Source: Camelus dromedarius
Lineage: Eukaryota
DNA: 64,000 nt
Assembly (NCBI RefSeq): GCF_036321535.1
Contig: NC_087436.1
Coordinates: 57,786,001-57,850,000 of the forward strand
Direction of reading: 5' to 3'
In this document: one piece after another, positions 1 through 12,870 of the stretch
How positions within the stretch are numbered: position 1 is the first letter of the stretch
Layout: each line of letters opens with the position of its first letter
The notes under the pieces: generated by a model
What the model was told of the DNA's origin: nothing
The model's database searches: none
Seen by the model: only the letters and a program-made list of their open reading frames with translations
Made by a program: the position numbers and the translations under genes

Positions 1-340
1 GTAAATGAATGAAATAGAGCTACATACATTAAAATGAATGTCTCAAATATATAATGTTGAGGCCAAAAAAAAAAAACCCTTAAAAACATAGAATATTATT
101 GCCATAAATTCTTAAAATAATATAATGGCATAATTTTGGGTATACAAAATGGAATAAAAGTTCAAAAAACTGCATATAAATAAAATACATCAAATTCCTC
201 TACAATGAAAGATGAGGAGAAGGAAAAGAGACAAGTGGACTTCCACATATCTGCAATTTTATTTTCATTTAAAGTAAATATCACAAATGTTAATATCTGT
301 GTAATCTTGGTAGCAAATATATGAATGTGTGCTATATTTT
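1..340 (+). mobile_element. Old L1 (L1M-type) 3' UTR remnant
   Basis: A-rich degenerate sequence resembling old L1 3' UTRs (gaatgaa..agctacatacatt..atgaatgtctcaaat..ataatgttga); boundaries approximate. Confidence 0.5.
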
Positions 341-2327
341 TCTATTTTATATATATATATATATGTTTGAAATATTTTAGAATAAAAAATAGCTTTGATG
401 ATAAAGGTCAGAGGAAAAGAAGAAGCAAAACATATGTCTCTGATTTTTAAAAGCTTAATGCTCAAGGATTACCCTTCAGAAATCTTCAGACTGGTTTATA
501 CTCTGTTGGAGGTGGGCACAAGTTTTTCTTGTTGTTACTATTGTTGTCATTGTTGCTCTATGGCATTTTTATGCTAGATTTTCATTGCCTATCCTCAATA
601 ACTATGCCTATGACAATATAAAATATGATGGATTGTAAAATCATCAAATGACAGAATATTCCAATTTTACAGAGATAACCTGGCTCCTTTAATTGATTAG
701 TGTGTAACTGAGGGTGCCTAGACAGGTGTGTGGTTCATTCCTTCCACCCCACACCCAAGTTACTACCTCTCACCTCAACATGGGGGTAAATCCATCTTCC
801 TGCTATTTGAAGATTCACATTGCTACTGAGATGCCTAAGGTGTCAGAGCAACTCCTTTCCACTGAGGTATGTGACTCTGCACTAGATTTCTAAACTATAG
901 CGATTGCTAATAATGCATTCTTTAGAAATTGCTGCATGATGTGGTTATATTTACTGAATGACATAAATTATACATATTGTTTGCAAATGTGAATAATTGA
1001 TATCCTAGATGAAAATGATCAGAAGTATTTTGTAGTCTTCAATTAAATCAGTACATGGCTACATTAGAAAACATAACATGACTGACTATTTACAAAAACC
1101 AGCAATTAAAGGCCAGAAGTTAAGAACAGGTCAAGATTCTGGCCGACACTACACTGCCTACGTAAAGGGCAAGCCCATTCATCCTAAGACCTAATACTAT
1201 TAGTGGTAGGATTAGAATTAAGTCCCTTAAAAGCCCCAGAGTCTCTACCTTTAATAGATGTTTATATGTGTCAAATGGGGAGAACTAATAATGTGTCATA
1301 AGTTTATGGTATTTTATGGCCAGTTTAGTGGTTCACATAAATTGCCCTGGAGATCTAATCATATCATTTAGAGAGCAGATGCCACATAAGGAGTGCAACC
1401 GTTTTTCTCATAACAAGTCTTCAGTGAACCTGACTTACTGTCACAGGGCTTCATCTCTGGGAGGTCTGGCATTCGGTTTCAAAACCATTCAGACTCCTAA
1501 TGCTGCCCACAAGGGCGTTAATGATGGTGATGATTTTCCAGTGTGGGTACTTGTCACGAGTGAACTAGACTGAGACCATTACATATTTCATATTAGTCCT
1601 AGAACAGCTGTTGATGTTAGCAGTGTTAATCACAACCAACTTGGGCTGGATTCAAAGTGACCTAGAAGAGCTACATTCTACATCCTGTTATCAATTCCCT
1701 GAAGCAAAGACATTACGTGCTAACATGTCCACATCAATGGAATGCATGTCCTCTGATTACCCCTTATGTGTACAGACTTTTGGCAGAGTCTATGACTAAC
1801 AGCAGGGCTGCATCTAAAGTTCCAGTTAATGTTGTCTGGGCATGGCTCTTCCAAACAGAAAAAGATACATTTTGCCCTACAAGAGATGGTGTCATTATTA
1901 TTATTATAATCACTAGATTAGTGAGGTCCTATTTGTATAAGACTTAACTGTCTGTAGAAAACTGAAAAGAAGATGACATTGTATTGGCTTATATGTAAAA
2001 TTTTCAGATTGGGAGAAGTCAAATGTAAAAGTTCAATAACGTTAATTAGAAATGTTTCTTTACAAGTATTTCCTATTTTCAAGGTTCATGTAAGATAAAT
2101 CCAAAAGATAATGCATAATGGAAATATACTTTTCTATGCACTTACAGCCACACATAAAAAATTGGTTTTCTTTTCTCATCCTGTTGGGTATCTGATGTAC
2201 AGTCTTCACAGAGGACACCATTAGTGGTATGAGAAGCATGCCCATATCATAGGGATTAATCAATTTATGCTTCAATTCCCAGAAGAGGAGGATTAGAAAA
2301 AAGATTCTGAATTTGACACCGTATGTT

Positions 2328-2365
2328 ATATATATATATATGTGTATACACATATATATATATAT
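2328..2365. repeat. (TA)n-rich microsatellite
   Basis: tatatatatatatgtgtatacacatatatatatatata seen directly. Confidence 0.85.
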
Positions 2366-2507
2366 AATGTTTTATATTATATACATATTTTAAGTATGTG
2401 GCAGGGAGCTACTGTTCTGTAGGAGAGAGCTACACTAAAAGGTCTGTGCCACTCTGACATTACGTTAGAGTGCTGTACAGGACCACTAAATAAGAAATTC
2501 TCTAGAA

Positions 2508-2655
2508 CTTTCTAATCAAAGTGTAGTCTGTAAACCAGCAGCATCAGCATCACGTGGCAGAATTTCAAACTCCATTCTACACCTTCTAAATCAGAATGTG
2601 CATTTTACAAGATCCTGGAGCAGTTCATCTGCACATTAAAGTTTAAAAAGCATTA
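2508..2655. mobile_element. hAT-Charlie MITE (MER5-like)
   Basis: accagcagcatcagcatcac..aatcagaa..tgcatttt.acaagatcc..gcacattaaagtt motifs; 8-bp TSD CTCTAGAA at 2500-2507 and 2656-2663 (Charlie NTCTAGAN target). Confidence 0.8.
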
Positions 2656-2739
2656 CTCTAGAATAAGTTATAGAAAATTTCAGAAGACTTCCCAGAAAGT
2701 TGTTCACTCCCTAGAAAAAAAGATGGATGAGAGTCCTAC

Positions 2740-2966
2740 CTGAAATTTGTGTCAGAAACCCAGATGCTAACAGCAAACAGATCATCATTGTTATCATCAA
2801 ATACATGGTGACTGAATTGTCTAATCTTCAGGAACAAAGCATCTTTTATCAACAACAGTTTTGTTGCAGCCATTTCTATTACATTTAGTTCTGACTGGTG
2901 GTGATAGCAGCACATCAAATGCGATTGTTTGAGGCAAAGACTTCTGAAGAGTGTGTGATTAATTCC
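2740..2966 (-). other. Candidate exon (unverified)
   Basis: Acceptor ccttttcttctccacAG, donor CAG|GTAGGA, 227 nt open in one frame (GINHTLFRSL...SDTNF); no homolog recognised. Confidence 0.25.
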
Positions 2967-3301
2967 CTGTGGAGAAGAAAAGGCCTTAGGAAGAAAAGGT
3001 TTCTCATTAGAGGAGTTCCAGTCCTAGACCCTGGGTCCAAGAAAACAAGAAAGCTATAATCGGCTTGACCAAGAAGCCGTTTTCAAAGGATGGTCTGGAC
3101 AGAATCTACACTCTAGAACGTACAGTCCTGTGCCTCTTCACTAGTGTATGTCTCCTAATGTGTTTTCTAACATTGTGATATTTCATTGGAATGTCTTCAA
3201 TTAATATGACATTAAAATGAATTTCCTCATGAACTTGTAGATATTATACTCTTGTAGATACTATAAGGAATATATATAAATCTCTATTTCTGCCTAAATT
3301 T

Positions 3302-3406
3302 CCTTTCCTTTATTTTTTTTGTTGTTGTTAATGGAGGTACTGGGGATTGAACCCAGCACCTCATGCATCCTAAGCATGCACTCACCACTGAGCTATACTC
3401 CCCACC
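3302..3406 (-). mobile_element. tRNA-derived SINE, camelid Vic-1 type
   Basis: Minus strand: A box TAGCTCAGTGG, B box GGTTCAATCCC, cagtacctcc, A-rich tail; TSD ctgcctaaattt (3290-3301) / ctgccttaattt (3407-3418). Confidence 0.85.
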
Positions 3407-3439
3407 CTGCCTTAATTTTAATATCCTGAATTATAGCAA

Positions 3440-3760
3440 AACATATGATATACACTAGACTCCTTTGACTGTAAGTTACTGAAAGCAAACTTGAAATTCC
3501 TTAGGATAAAGAAAAGCAATTTATTGACTGAGAGAATATAAGAAAGGGCTTAAAAAACTTGTGCACAAGTTTGCCAGGATTCAGCTAGGACTTAAAATCA
3601 ATTGGAAATAGGAACTCAAATATTTCCAGGACTCTCTTTGGCTATTAAATTGTTTTGTCTTTGAGCGAGATTTATTGCCTTTCATTACCTAAAACAAATT
3701 TTGTCTCTGGGTTCAGAAGCAAGACAGCTGATTCCTCTCAAATCCTACTTCTTTAGTTAC
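3440..3760 (-). mobile_element. Old MaLR LTR (MLT1-type) remnant
   Basis: ctttgactgtaagt.actgaaagcaaact..aaag..aatttattgactga resembles an MLT1 terminus; degenerate. Confidence 0.45.
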
Positions 3761-3989
3761 TTTCATTAAAGTGGGGTTACAAAATAACTCCTATCTACTG
3801 AATATATACACTAGTAACTTTAAAAATAGATATCATATAGAAAATCAGCTGGACAGATAAATATTACCTTTGGAAAATACTGCAAACTATGGCTTCAAAT
3901 GTCATGATTGACTTAAAAGTATTTGGAAAAACAGACAATATTATTACTACTTCCAATTTGAATTTGCGTTAGATTATTCTGCAAGGAAA

Positions 3990-4025
<36 letters not shown>
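3990..4025. repeat. (TG)n(TA)n compound microsatellite
   Basis: Seen directly. Confidence 0.9.
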
Positions 4026-4309
4026 GTACAAAAACTACAGACCATTCAAATATGTATTATTAGAAGAAAGACTAAATAATTAATGTAAACACTATAGGAT
4101 ACTATGCAGTCATAGAAAGAGTAAGTAGAATGTAAATGCTATAAAGGCACAGAGTAAGCACTTCAAGGCGTTTACTGAATGAATGGATGAGGTCTGTAAG
4201 TGCTATTTGGAAATAAAAGATGGTATTTCACTGAGTACAAAATCACTCTATATAGAATGATTCCATTTTTACTTTAAAAACTATATATAATAAAGAATAA
4301 AGTAGTATG

Positions 4310-4500
4310 TAATGTTAATTAAGCACTTAATATATTTAGGCACTGTGCTGTGCTCTTTGTAATTATTACCTGATTGCTAATTGAATTCTCTTAACGACCT
4401 TGTGAAGTAGGTTTTAAGTACTCCTTATGATTGTAGGTATAACTGTTATCCCTACTTAGAGCAAGTAATTGATGGAGCCTACCAGTCTGACTCTACTTAA
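4310..4500 (-). mobile_element. MIR SINE remnant
   Basis: aagcactta..aggcactgtgct..gctcttt..aattctc..aacgaccttgtgaagtagg MIR motifs. Confidence 0.55.
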
Positions 4501-4549
4501 CTCCTAAATACACGTGTATATTCACGCATCCATCTACCTACTCTTCAAA

Positions 4550-5225
4550 TGTTCACTGACCAGCAACTATCCCTAGAAACTCTTCTGGGCTCCAGGGCTG
4601 TGCTGACCGATGTCCTATACATGCAGACCTTACATTCTGGTAGAAAAAACAGACAATATGCATAATAAATAAGTACAAGATATACAATCTTCCATGTGAT
4701 CAATGCTACTAAAACAAACAAAAACAAACAGAACAGAACTAGGTTAGGGGATCAGGAGTGTCACAGTTAAAACTGCTATTTTAAATAGGGTGTCCCCGGT
4801 AGACCTCACCAAGAATGTCACAGCTGACCAGATGCCTGAAATAGGTCAAGGAATGGGCCACCGGTGTATCTGGAAGAGCTTTCCAAGGAGAGGGAATAGC
4901 CACTGCAATTCTTTTGTGATTGCATCAATTTTCTCAGTGAAACAGGACGCCAGACGTCTGCCTGGCACATTAAAGGAATGCAGTGTCTCCGTGGTCTCTG
5001 GGATGAAGCGGCTAAGGCAGGAAAGTAGGATGTAACCTTGGAGAGGTAAGGAGGGGAAATTGGGGGGGGGGGTTGGGAGTGGGTCCCAAAGGGCACTGAG
5101 GCTATTGTGTGAAGTAAGCTTTTACTCTTGATGAAATGCGAAGATTCTGGAGAGTTTTGAGAGGAGAAGATACATGATTTGACGTACTTTTTAAACGGAT
5201 TTTTCTGGCTAGTTGTACTGAAAGA
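4550..5225 (-). mobile_element. L2 LINE 3' fragment
   Basis: cttacattctgg..cagacaat.., gagggaatagc..tgcaa, ctttactct..tgaaatg.gaag..ctggagagttttgag..catgatttgac L2 motifs. Confidence 0.75.
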
Positions 5226-5744
5226 CAGAAAAGCTGGGCGGCAGCTATAAGAATGTGCTTCTCACATATCTGACTTCAGGGAGCAAAGCTGACCAATGGT
5301 CCAGCAGCGTGCTCTGAAATCTATCACCACATGTGTTAGGGCCACGTATCCCACAGGCATCTACCAGCCAATGACTCAGGGTAGAGGAAGAAATCTTGGA
5401 GATTTGAGAAGAGAAGATATGAAACAGACTTCTAAGAGAGAGGCCTATATAGAGTGAATGGCCTTTGCAGAAGTGTGCATGTCATGGGTTGCACACAGAC
5501 GCGTATAAACAGACTATGAAAGACAAAGCCCAGCGCGTTAACCGTGGCATTCCCGGGACAGTGATGCTGAAGAGTGGGGGAGCCGAGATAGGATTTTTTG
5601 TTTGTATTTTATAAATTGTCACTTTTCTTGATTTTTATAATAAGTTGTCATTATTTTTTCATAATGAATATATTTTAAAATAGTAAAACAGAATAGAATA
5701 TGTCAGTGAAGAAACAAAAAATATTTTTTCAATATGTGTATGAA

Positions 5745-5919
5745 TCAACTAAAGCTATAATCCATGGAGAAATGCTTTCTGTAATCTAAAATACCAAGGC
5801 ATCTCTCTTGGTAATCGTCCAGGTGAAAGGATGGACAGGTCTGAGGCAGACGTGGAATCTCTGACGTTCTCATATCTGGAGTGTTATGGGTCTTCTCTCT
5901 GCGGAGTTTGATTTCAGAA
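5745..5919 (-). other. Candidate terminal coding exon (unverified)
   Basis: Acceptor ccccatttctcctAG at 5921-5920; open frame SEIKLRREK...MDYSFS* in sequence not recognised as repeat; no homolog recognised. Confidence 0.2.
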
Positions 5920-7189
5920 CTAGGAGAAATGGGGTTTGTAAACATTCTCTTAAACAGAATCAGGAGAGCTGCTAGTGTACATTTTTTAGAATGGCGTGGA
6001 AAGCCTGGGCCTAAAGGCATAGTGATGTAGCCAGTGTTTGGCTCTTTTCTAATCCCTAGGAGCATCTACCCTTGTGAAGACAGAGGCAGTTGTGTTCTGT
6101 AGGGGACCTAGGTACCCAGAGAAAATCTCGCCAACATTACTGCAGCAGAGTCAGCTCTAAGTAGTGACCCAATTTCTGTTAAGTTCTGTGTCCTTGAGTA
6201 AATATGTAACAGTTGTACCTATGTGGTCTCCTGAAATTCTTTAACTCTCTTAAAATTTTTCATTTGTACTGTGACTGTTGCAGAGACATTCGGGGAGTTA
6301 TTCACAAATTTTCCATTCTTTGACATTCAGTAGGTAATAGAGTCATCTCATTAATTTCCGAATGGCTATTTAATACTGCCTTCCAAATGTTTAATTAGGA
6401 TCTTGATAAATTGCTATTAGTTTTCTTTTATGATAGCTTGACATCCATGTATTCATAACATGACTCAGAGCATGAATCAAAAAAAAAAGAATCTTAGACA
6501 TGTCATTATAAAAAGCATATCCGAAACAAAGAGACATCCTTCAAAACTAGGTAATGCCAGCATGCAATCAAGGGAACACTTTCATGTTGTATACTAAGGT
6601 TGTTTACTGATATATATGCAATATATTAAATATATAAATACATTTTCTCTAGTTGTTATTTATGTCAGTGTCACCTATTACCACTTTTCTTGATGAATCC
6701 AATGAATTATTCTGAGACCTTACCTTATTTGACTCTTCTGTAGTTGTTAAGACTCCTGACTACGTGAAACTCCTGTTGCTTCTGGCTTCAATCAACTCAT
6801 AATTCCTTGGTTCTCCTCCTAAACCTCTAACTACTGCTTCATATTCCCTTTAATGGAATTTTCCCCAAATTTTTAATTAGTTCCTTCACTCATTAGATCT
6901 GTTAAATTGATTAAACATCTATGGGAGAAATGACACTAGGTACTCAGACTACAGCAAAGAAAAGAAATGGTCCTATCTTTAGGGAATGTATAATAAAGTA
7001 AATGTTGATCTTCTCCAGGGTTCTATCCTAGCCACACTATCCCTGGATGATTTCATCTGGCCCAGTGAATGATTCATGAATCCATATCTTCCAATCTGTA
7101 AATCTAACCCAAGTGCTCCTCCTGCCATATCATTATTCCCTCATAACACACTGGTCCTGAGCAGCTTACTTGGGTAGACTCTGTCTGAC

Positions 7190-8320
7190 TTCCCATCCAT
7201 TCATTCAACATGTATATGTGCATCATTTACTCTTAGCCTATAATGGTGAACAAAATGAGACAAAGACCTTGCACTCCTGCTAGCTGAAATAAGTATGAAG
7301 ATGTAGGCAATGGAAAAGTAAACAAATGTGTAATAGCTTTAGGTTGTGAAAAATGCCAAAAAGAAATCATAGGTATAAGATATTAGAGAATTGTGGAAGG
7401 GTGGTTATTTTAGATGGTATCGTAAAGAAGACATCTAAGAGATGGCATTTACTTAAGACTAGTATGAAGTACTGGGTGGGAAAACCAAAGGACTGAGTAA
7501 AGAATGTTTCAGATGAAAAAGGCTTTCTTTTTCACACAACAGAAAGAAAGTCAGTGCAGCTAGAATGGAATGTGCAGACTGGAAAGTTACAGGATATAGC
7601 ACAGAGCAAATTCACAGAAATAAACAGGGGTCATGTTATATAAGGAGTTTGAATTTCATTCTAAATAACAGGAAAAGACATTGGAAGTTTTAGCCTAGAG
7701 TTAATGTGATTTAAAGAGACAGCGTAAAAGAAAAACTATTTAGCATTCTTCAGTCACCTACTTAGATTTTTATTTACTTATTATTGAAGCACAGGTAAGA
7801 GATGATGGTGGTTTACACTTGATATAATAGCAGGGGAGTCCTGAAAAGTGGTTATACTTAGGACAGAACTGACAGGACTTGCTCATGCATTGGAAACTGG
7901 AGATCATGGAAAGAGAAGGATCAAGACAATTTCTTGTTTTTAACATGAGTAACTGGATGAATTGCTGTATTGTTTACTGAGGTGAAGTGAGGGGGAAAAC
8001 GGATTTGAGGGTGAGTTGGGAGAATAAGATTTATGTTTTGGATCTTCTATGTTTGAGATGTCTTTTAGACTTCCAGAGAGAAATATCATGTAGGCAGTTG
8101 GATAAATGAATCTGGAACCAAAGGGAAAAATCTAACCTAAATATATTAATTTGGAAGTCACCAGCATATAGGTGACATTTAAAAGATAGTATTGGATAAG
8201 ACCATAGAGAAAAAGAATATAAATATGGAAGAGAAGAGGCCTGAAGACTGATTCCTAGGGGGTTCCAACATATAGAGGCTGGGAAGGAGAGTAGAACCAG
8301 CAAAGGAGACTAAGAAGGGA
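7190..8320 (-). mobile_element. L2 LINE fragment
   Basis: cattcattcaaca tail, caggtaagagatgatggtgg, gacaggacttgct, ttgagatgtct..agac.tcca, ttggaagtcaccagcatataggtg L2 motifs. Confidence 0.8.
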
Positions 8321-9399
8321 TTAAAGGGATTAAAAAAATTTAAAGGATCAAAAAAAAAAAAAAAAACCCGCCTAGGTCATATTTCTATATTTAGCAAGCA
8401 GATGTTACAGAAACTCCTTCCATCTATTGTAAGTAAAACTATCAGACAAACTATTTTAAAATCTTTTCAATACATAGTTGAGCTTGCAGAAACATAAAGG
8501 AATTTCAAGAAATCTGTATTTGATTAAAAAAAAGGTCAAATTCACAAGGATAAATGAATGCTAAAGCAGTGTCAACCTTACAGATTTAAGTGCTCAGAAA
8601 AGGACGTAGATCAAAAGCATGAAAGCGGCACGAAGTGCAATACCAATGGCAGGTGAAATACAAAAGCCACATCTCATTCTAAAGAAGGTCATAGTGGGGA
8701 CACATGCCTGGCTCTGCCTTAACTCACACAGAAAGAAAAACAAACCAAAAAAGTGATAAATAATTGGACTGGCTCTTGCAACTTTCAGTATATCTCTTTC
8801 TATCAGAAAGATTGGAAAATGCAAAATCTTTGTTTTTCGACCCCCTTGCAACCATCATCAAAGTGTTAATCCGTACAAAGTCTGGAAGGCAGAAATGAAG
8901 CTGGGGCCTGTACCGGTGGCAGACACAGCTATCACACAAATTCCAGGAGACACAGTATTTGAAGCAGCTAAAGCCCATGTTTAAATGTCTAGGAACAAGC
9001 TTCTTGGGAATAAAGCAGTGTGGCAGCACAGTGGTGGTGGCAGTAACAACAATGTCCAGGGCCTCTATATTATGTTATATATTATTATGATGCTGTAACT
9101 TAAAAATCTAAAGTCGAGGCATGTCCCTTGATTCTGACTTCTCTGGCTTTTCCAGGATTTTTTTTTAAAGCATTTAATTCCATTTAGTATATTCTTTTCT
9201 GCTTGAAACACATAGCGTATGTCTTGTTTCTGCCACTAAATCCTGGCTATTAAAAATCCCCCTTAGAAATTCCTATCTATAAATCTTCATTCCCTCTGTC
9301 TGGAGCTGGACTTCACAATAACTCTGCATTCAAAAAAACCAAACCAAAACTGTTTAAAGGTTTCCCTGTTGATAGTGGGCCCCTCAGGTGACTAATAGA

Positions 9400-10560
9400 A
9401 GCAAACAAAATTTCTCTCTCTAGGAATTCACTTAACTTCAGGCCTCAAATAAATCTACCAAAATGTTCAAAGAGCACATAATAAAAATCTCTAAACAAGG
9501 AAATAAATGATTATGAGTGAGAGCCAGCAAAAACAAAAGTAAACAAAAGATTACATTATCAAATGCTAATATTGGTCTCAGCAAGAACTGACCATATAAA
9601 TGAGCATAGTTAATATTTTTAAAGAAAGAAATGAGGAAATTGAAGTATGACTAAAGAATACTATCAAAATTTATTGGCAGATGTGAAACAACAAAAAACC
9701 CCACAGAATTTCTGAAATTTAAAATTAATAATTAGAAAATATAGTTTATATAGAGCAATACATAGAATAGAAAATTAATCAACTATACTGTAAAACTAGG
9801 TAAATTACCTAGAAAACAACAAGAAGAGATAAGAGATGAAAAGTATGAGAGGTTAGGAGACATGTAGGATAGAATGAGTAGTCTAACATAAACAAACTGG
9901 ATTTACAGAATGAAACACTAGGTCAAGTGAGTTTGAAGTAAGATAATTTCTAGAATTGATGAAAGACACAAATCCTGAGAATCAGAAATCCTAATAAATC
10001 CCAAGTAGAAGAAATAGACTTCACATGTAGAAATATCATAATAAAATTTCAGAACATCAAAAACAAAGAGAAGATGTAAAAAATAACAATTAAAGCTAAA
10101 AACAGTGGAATAATATTTTCTGTATACAGACAATAATATTATTAAATTAAGAATTCTATACAAAGTTCAGGTATCTTTCAAGAACAAACACAAAATAAAT
10201 ACAATTTCAGATGTCAACAATTGAGAGAGTTATTACAATAGACCCTCACCAAAGGAATTTCTAAAGGATATACTTTAGTGATAAGGAAAATAATCCAAAT
10301 AATGTAGAAGGAAAGATTAAATATTAAAAACATTAACTTATGGATAAATATAAATAAAATATTTATTACATAAAACAATGAAATTAATGTCTAATTTGTT
10401 AAGTAAAAATTAACATAAAATTAAACCACTGTATACAAATAGCCTACAAGAAATGATGGGACAATCGGAATTAAAATAGTGTAAGGCCCTTATATTATTT
10501 GGGAAGAGAGTAAGATGTTAACTATAGAAATACGTGACATACAAATGTGAAATTTCTAGA
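9400..10560 (+). mobile_element. Ancient L1/HAL1 ORF1-region remnant
   Basis: Strong A-rich strand bias; gatagaatgag..tctaacata, gataatttctagaattgatgaaagacac.aatcct.aga motifs; no intact ORF. Confidence 0.6.
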
Positions 10561-10859
10561 CTAACTTCTAAAAGCATAGAAAGAATCCATCACGTCCAAA
10601 AGCCCAGTAGAGGAAAGAAATTTGGGATGGAGGAAGTGAAAATCTGGGGACTGCAGTATCCCAGAAGTTAAAGAAAATGTTTCCAAAAAAACTGACAATT
10701 GTGTGAGGTAGGAAGAGAGTAAGTGAGGTTAAAAGGACTTTAAGTATCATCATCATAAATAGAACTGAATCTAGAATGACATAGAAAATCAAGGGTATTT
10801 TTAACATTTGTTCTGTTTTTACAGCAAACACATTGAACACTGCGTGGATGGGAAGTCTT

Positions 10860-11217
10860 GACCACTTTTCTCAAAAAGTATGGCTCTCATTCTCCCAGCG
10901 GCTGGGAATTCTATGGGATGAAGGCCCTCAACAGACATCCTTCATGGTGGATTGCCTCCGCTGAAGAAAACTGCTGCTTTCCGGAGAAGTCCACATTCAA
11001 TTATGGATCACAGCAGGGATATAAAGGTCCCCGCCACTCCCCACACATGGGACAACTCTAAAGGGTGGGGTGTACAGTGGGACTGTTTCACAGCTCTCCT
11101 TCTCCTGTAAAATCACCTTTCCTTCCCAGGTAGAGATGAAAGGAAAACTCTCTAAAAATGTCCTGCATGTTAAAATATGTCTCAGAGTCTGCTTCCAGGG
11201 AAAGCTAACCTGGGCCA
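10860..11217 (+). mobile_element. ERVL LTR (LTR16-like)
   Basis: 3' end tctcagagtctgcttccagggaa..aacct matches LTR16-type terminus. Confidence 0.65.
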
Positions 11218-11443
11218 CTATTAAAATATTAAAAGATATATACTTCTAAACAGTTTGCATGAGATTAAGGACAATATCAATGAACCAATCTAGCATAAAT
11301 TTCCAATACCCAGGGAATACTGTTTAGTCCAATTTATTGCTTGACTTTTATAATATTTCGTCTCATTTTCTTGCCACAAAAAAAAAAAAGGATCAATATT
11401 ACAGTTTGGGTGGAGTTAACTTACCTTTTCCTTTTGCACTAAA

Positions 11444-11520
11444 AGGAGGGAAGGAAAGAGGGAAGGAAGGGAGGGAGGGAGAAAGCAAGAGAGGAAGATG
11501 AAAAGGAAGGAAGAGAAGAA
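11444..11520. repeat. Purine-rich (GGAA/GGGA) low-complexity tract
   Basis: Nearly pure A/G run seen directly. Confidence 0.8.
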
Positions 11521-11689
11521 TTCTAACCTACTGCTCTAGATCATTGATAGATTTTCTTGAATTAAAAAATCCTCACAAGTGACCTCAACCTTGCCTGCAC
11601 CCTAATATCACCTATGGAATTAAAAAAAAAATACATATGTTGTAACATACCCAAGAATTTCTGATTCGGTTATTCTGAAGGGCTTACAA

Positions 11690-11850
11690 AAGGCTCATGG
11701 AATAGGTCAAGCCCCACCTGCATAATCTTCCTATCTTAAGGTCATCTGATTAGTAACCTTCATTGCACCCCTTTTGTCATGTAATGTAAGATATTAATGG
11801 GAATAAAAGCCCAGGTGAATGTCAGGAGGGCCATCTCAGAATTCTCCCCA
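11690..11850 (-). mobile_element. MLT1-type MaLR fragment inside a MER5-like remnant
   Basis: cccacct.cataatcttcctatcttaaggtca.ctgattagtaacct..ggccatct.agaattct motifs; MER5-like pieces on both sides. Confidence 0.55.
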
Positions 11851-12169
11851 ACACAGCAGGTTTTACAATCTCTTTCACTATTTCAAAGGTGCCCATTTGA
11901 GCTCCCCAGCTAAATTAAGAAATCACTGACAAGGAAGAGTGGTCTCTTTTTTCTTTTTTAAAATGAAATACTGTAGCAGTCTCTCACATGTACACATACA
12001 AATTTTATCTACTGAGTCCCTTATTAATTTATTAAAAAATATGAGTGCTTCTGTTTAAGGTCAATAACGTCTGCACTGAATGCCTAAATACATGTTTGTT
12101 TGTTTGTTTACTGCCTAGAATTTATTCCCTTTCCCTGAAAGCCCCCAAGGTTCAAGGTTGGGGGAAATT

Positions 12170-12378
12170 TAGTGGCATGCTGAAGCCAGCTCATTCCAGC
12201 TCACAAGAGTGTATTGTCAGTATCTCTTCCCAACTCTGCATGCTATAATATTGGTTGTTTCAAATTATTCCTTATAGTTGGAATATTTATACCATGGAAA
12301 TCTGTAAATGCTAAAGTTTAGGACTTTTTTTTTTTTCTTTCTATACAGTCAGTTGTCAAACATCTATCAGCACACTGC
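12170..12378. mobile_element. hAT MITE (MER63-like)
   Basis: Ends agtggcatgctgaagccagctca..cagctcacaagag and catctatcagcacactg. Confidence 0.6.
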
Positions 12379-12399
12379 TTCAAATAATTTCTGCCTTAT

Positions 12400-12870
12400 C
12401 TTTTACATCTTACTCATTGGAAGAGTGAACCCAGGAGGCTGCCTCAGGAAATTTCATTCCCCCACGCCATGATCCCAGCCACACCTCACCCTCACCAGCT
12501 CTGACACCAGTAGGGAGAAGACCTGTGGCACAAGCCTGGCTGACTGGCTGCTTCTCTAGGACTGAGACTCTTAAGTGAGAAACATAAGGACAGAAGGAAT
12601 GGTTAAAACATTCTATCTGTACACTGTAAATGGGTGAATTGTGTGCTATGTGAATTATATCTCAATAGAGCTGTTAAGCAGGATTCTACAAGATCATTCC
12701 TGTCATCCCTGCTTCCAAGCCTTCAAGAGCCATTATGCTCCTTTCTGCCTTCAAGCTTAATTCTTGAGACACCCATTAATGAGCCCGGGATACATTCAGT
12801 AAACTACTTTTTGCTTAAAATAGCCAAAAATCTTTTTATTTTTGCTTGCAAGTTAGAAACTGTAACATAT
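12400..12870 (+). mobile_element. Old MaLR/ERVL LTR interrupted by a short L1 3' end (about 12615-12676)
   Basis: LTR 3' end ttttgcttaaaatagcc..ttgcttgcaa; inserted gggtgaattgt..tatgtgaattatatctcaata L1 tail. Confidence 0.5.

Noticed and set aside
1439..1564. Minus-strand exon-like piece whose peptide (KIITIINALVGSIRSL) recalls a voltage-gated channel S4-S5 linker
   Set aside because: In-frame stop before the donor, poor acceptor and no neighbouring channel exons; resemblance likely chance
2145..2300. Minus-strand exon with GTAAGT donor
   Set aside because: The pyrimidine tract is followed by TGG rather than AG, so there is no well-placed acceptor
3302..3406. tRNA gene (A and B boxes); same at about 26980-27057
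   Set aside because: A-rich tail, TSD and no complete cloverleaf indicate a tRNA-derived SINE
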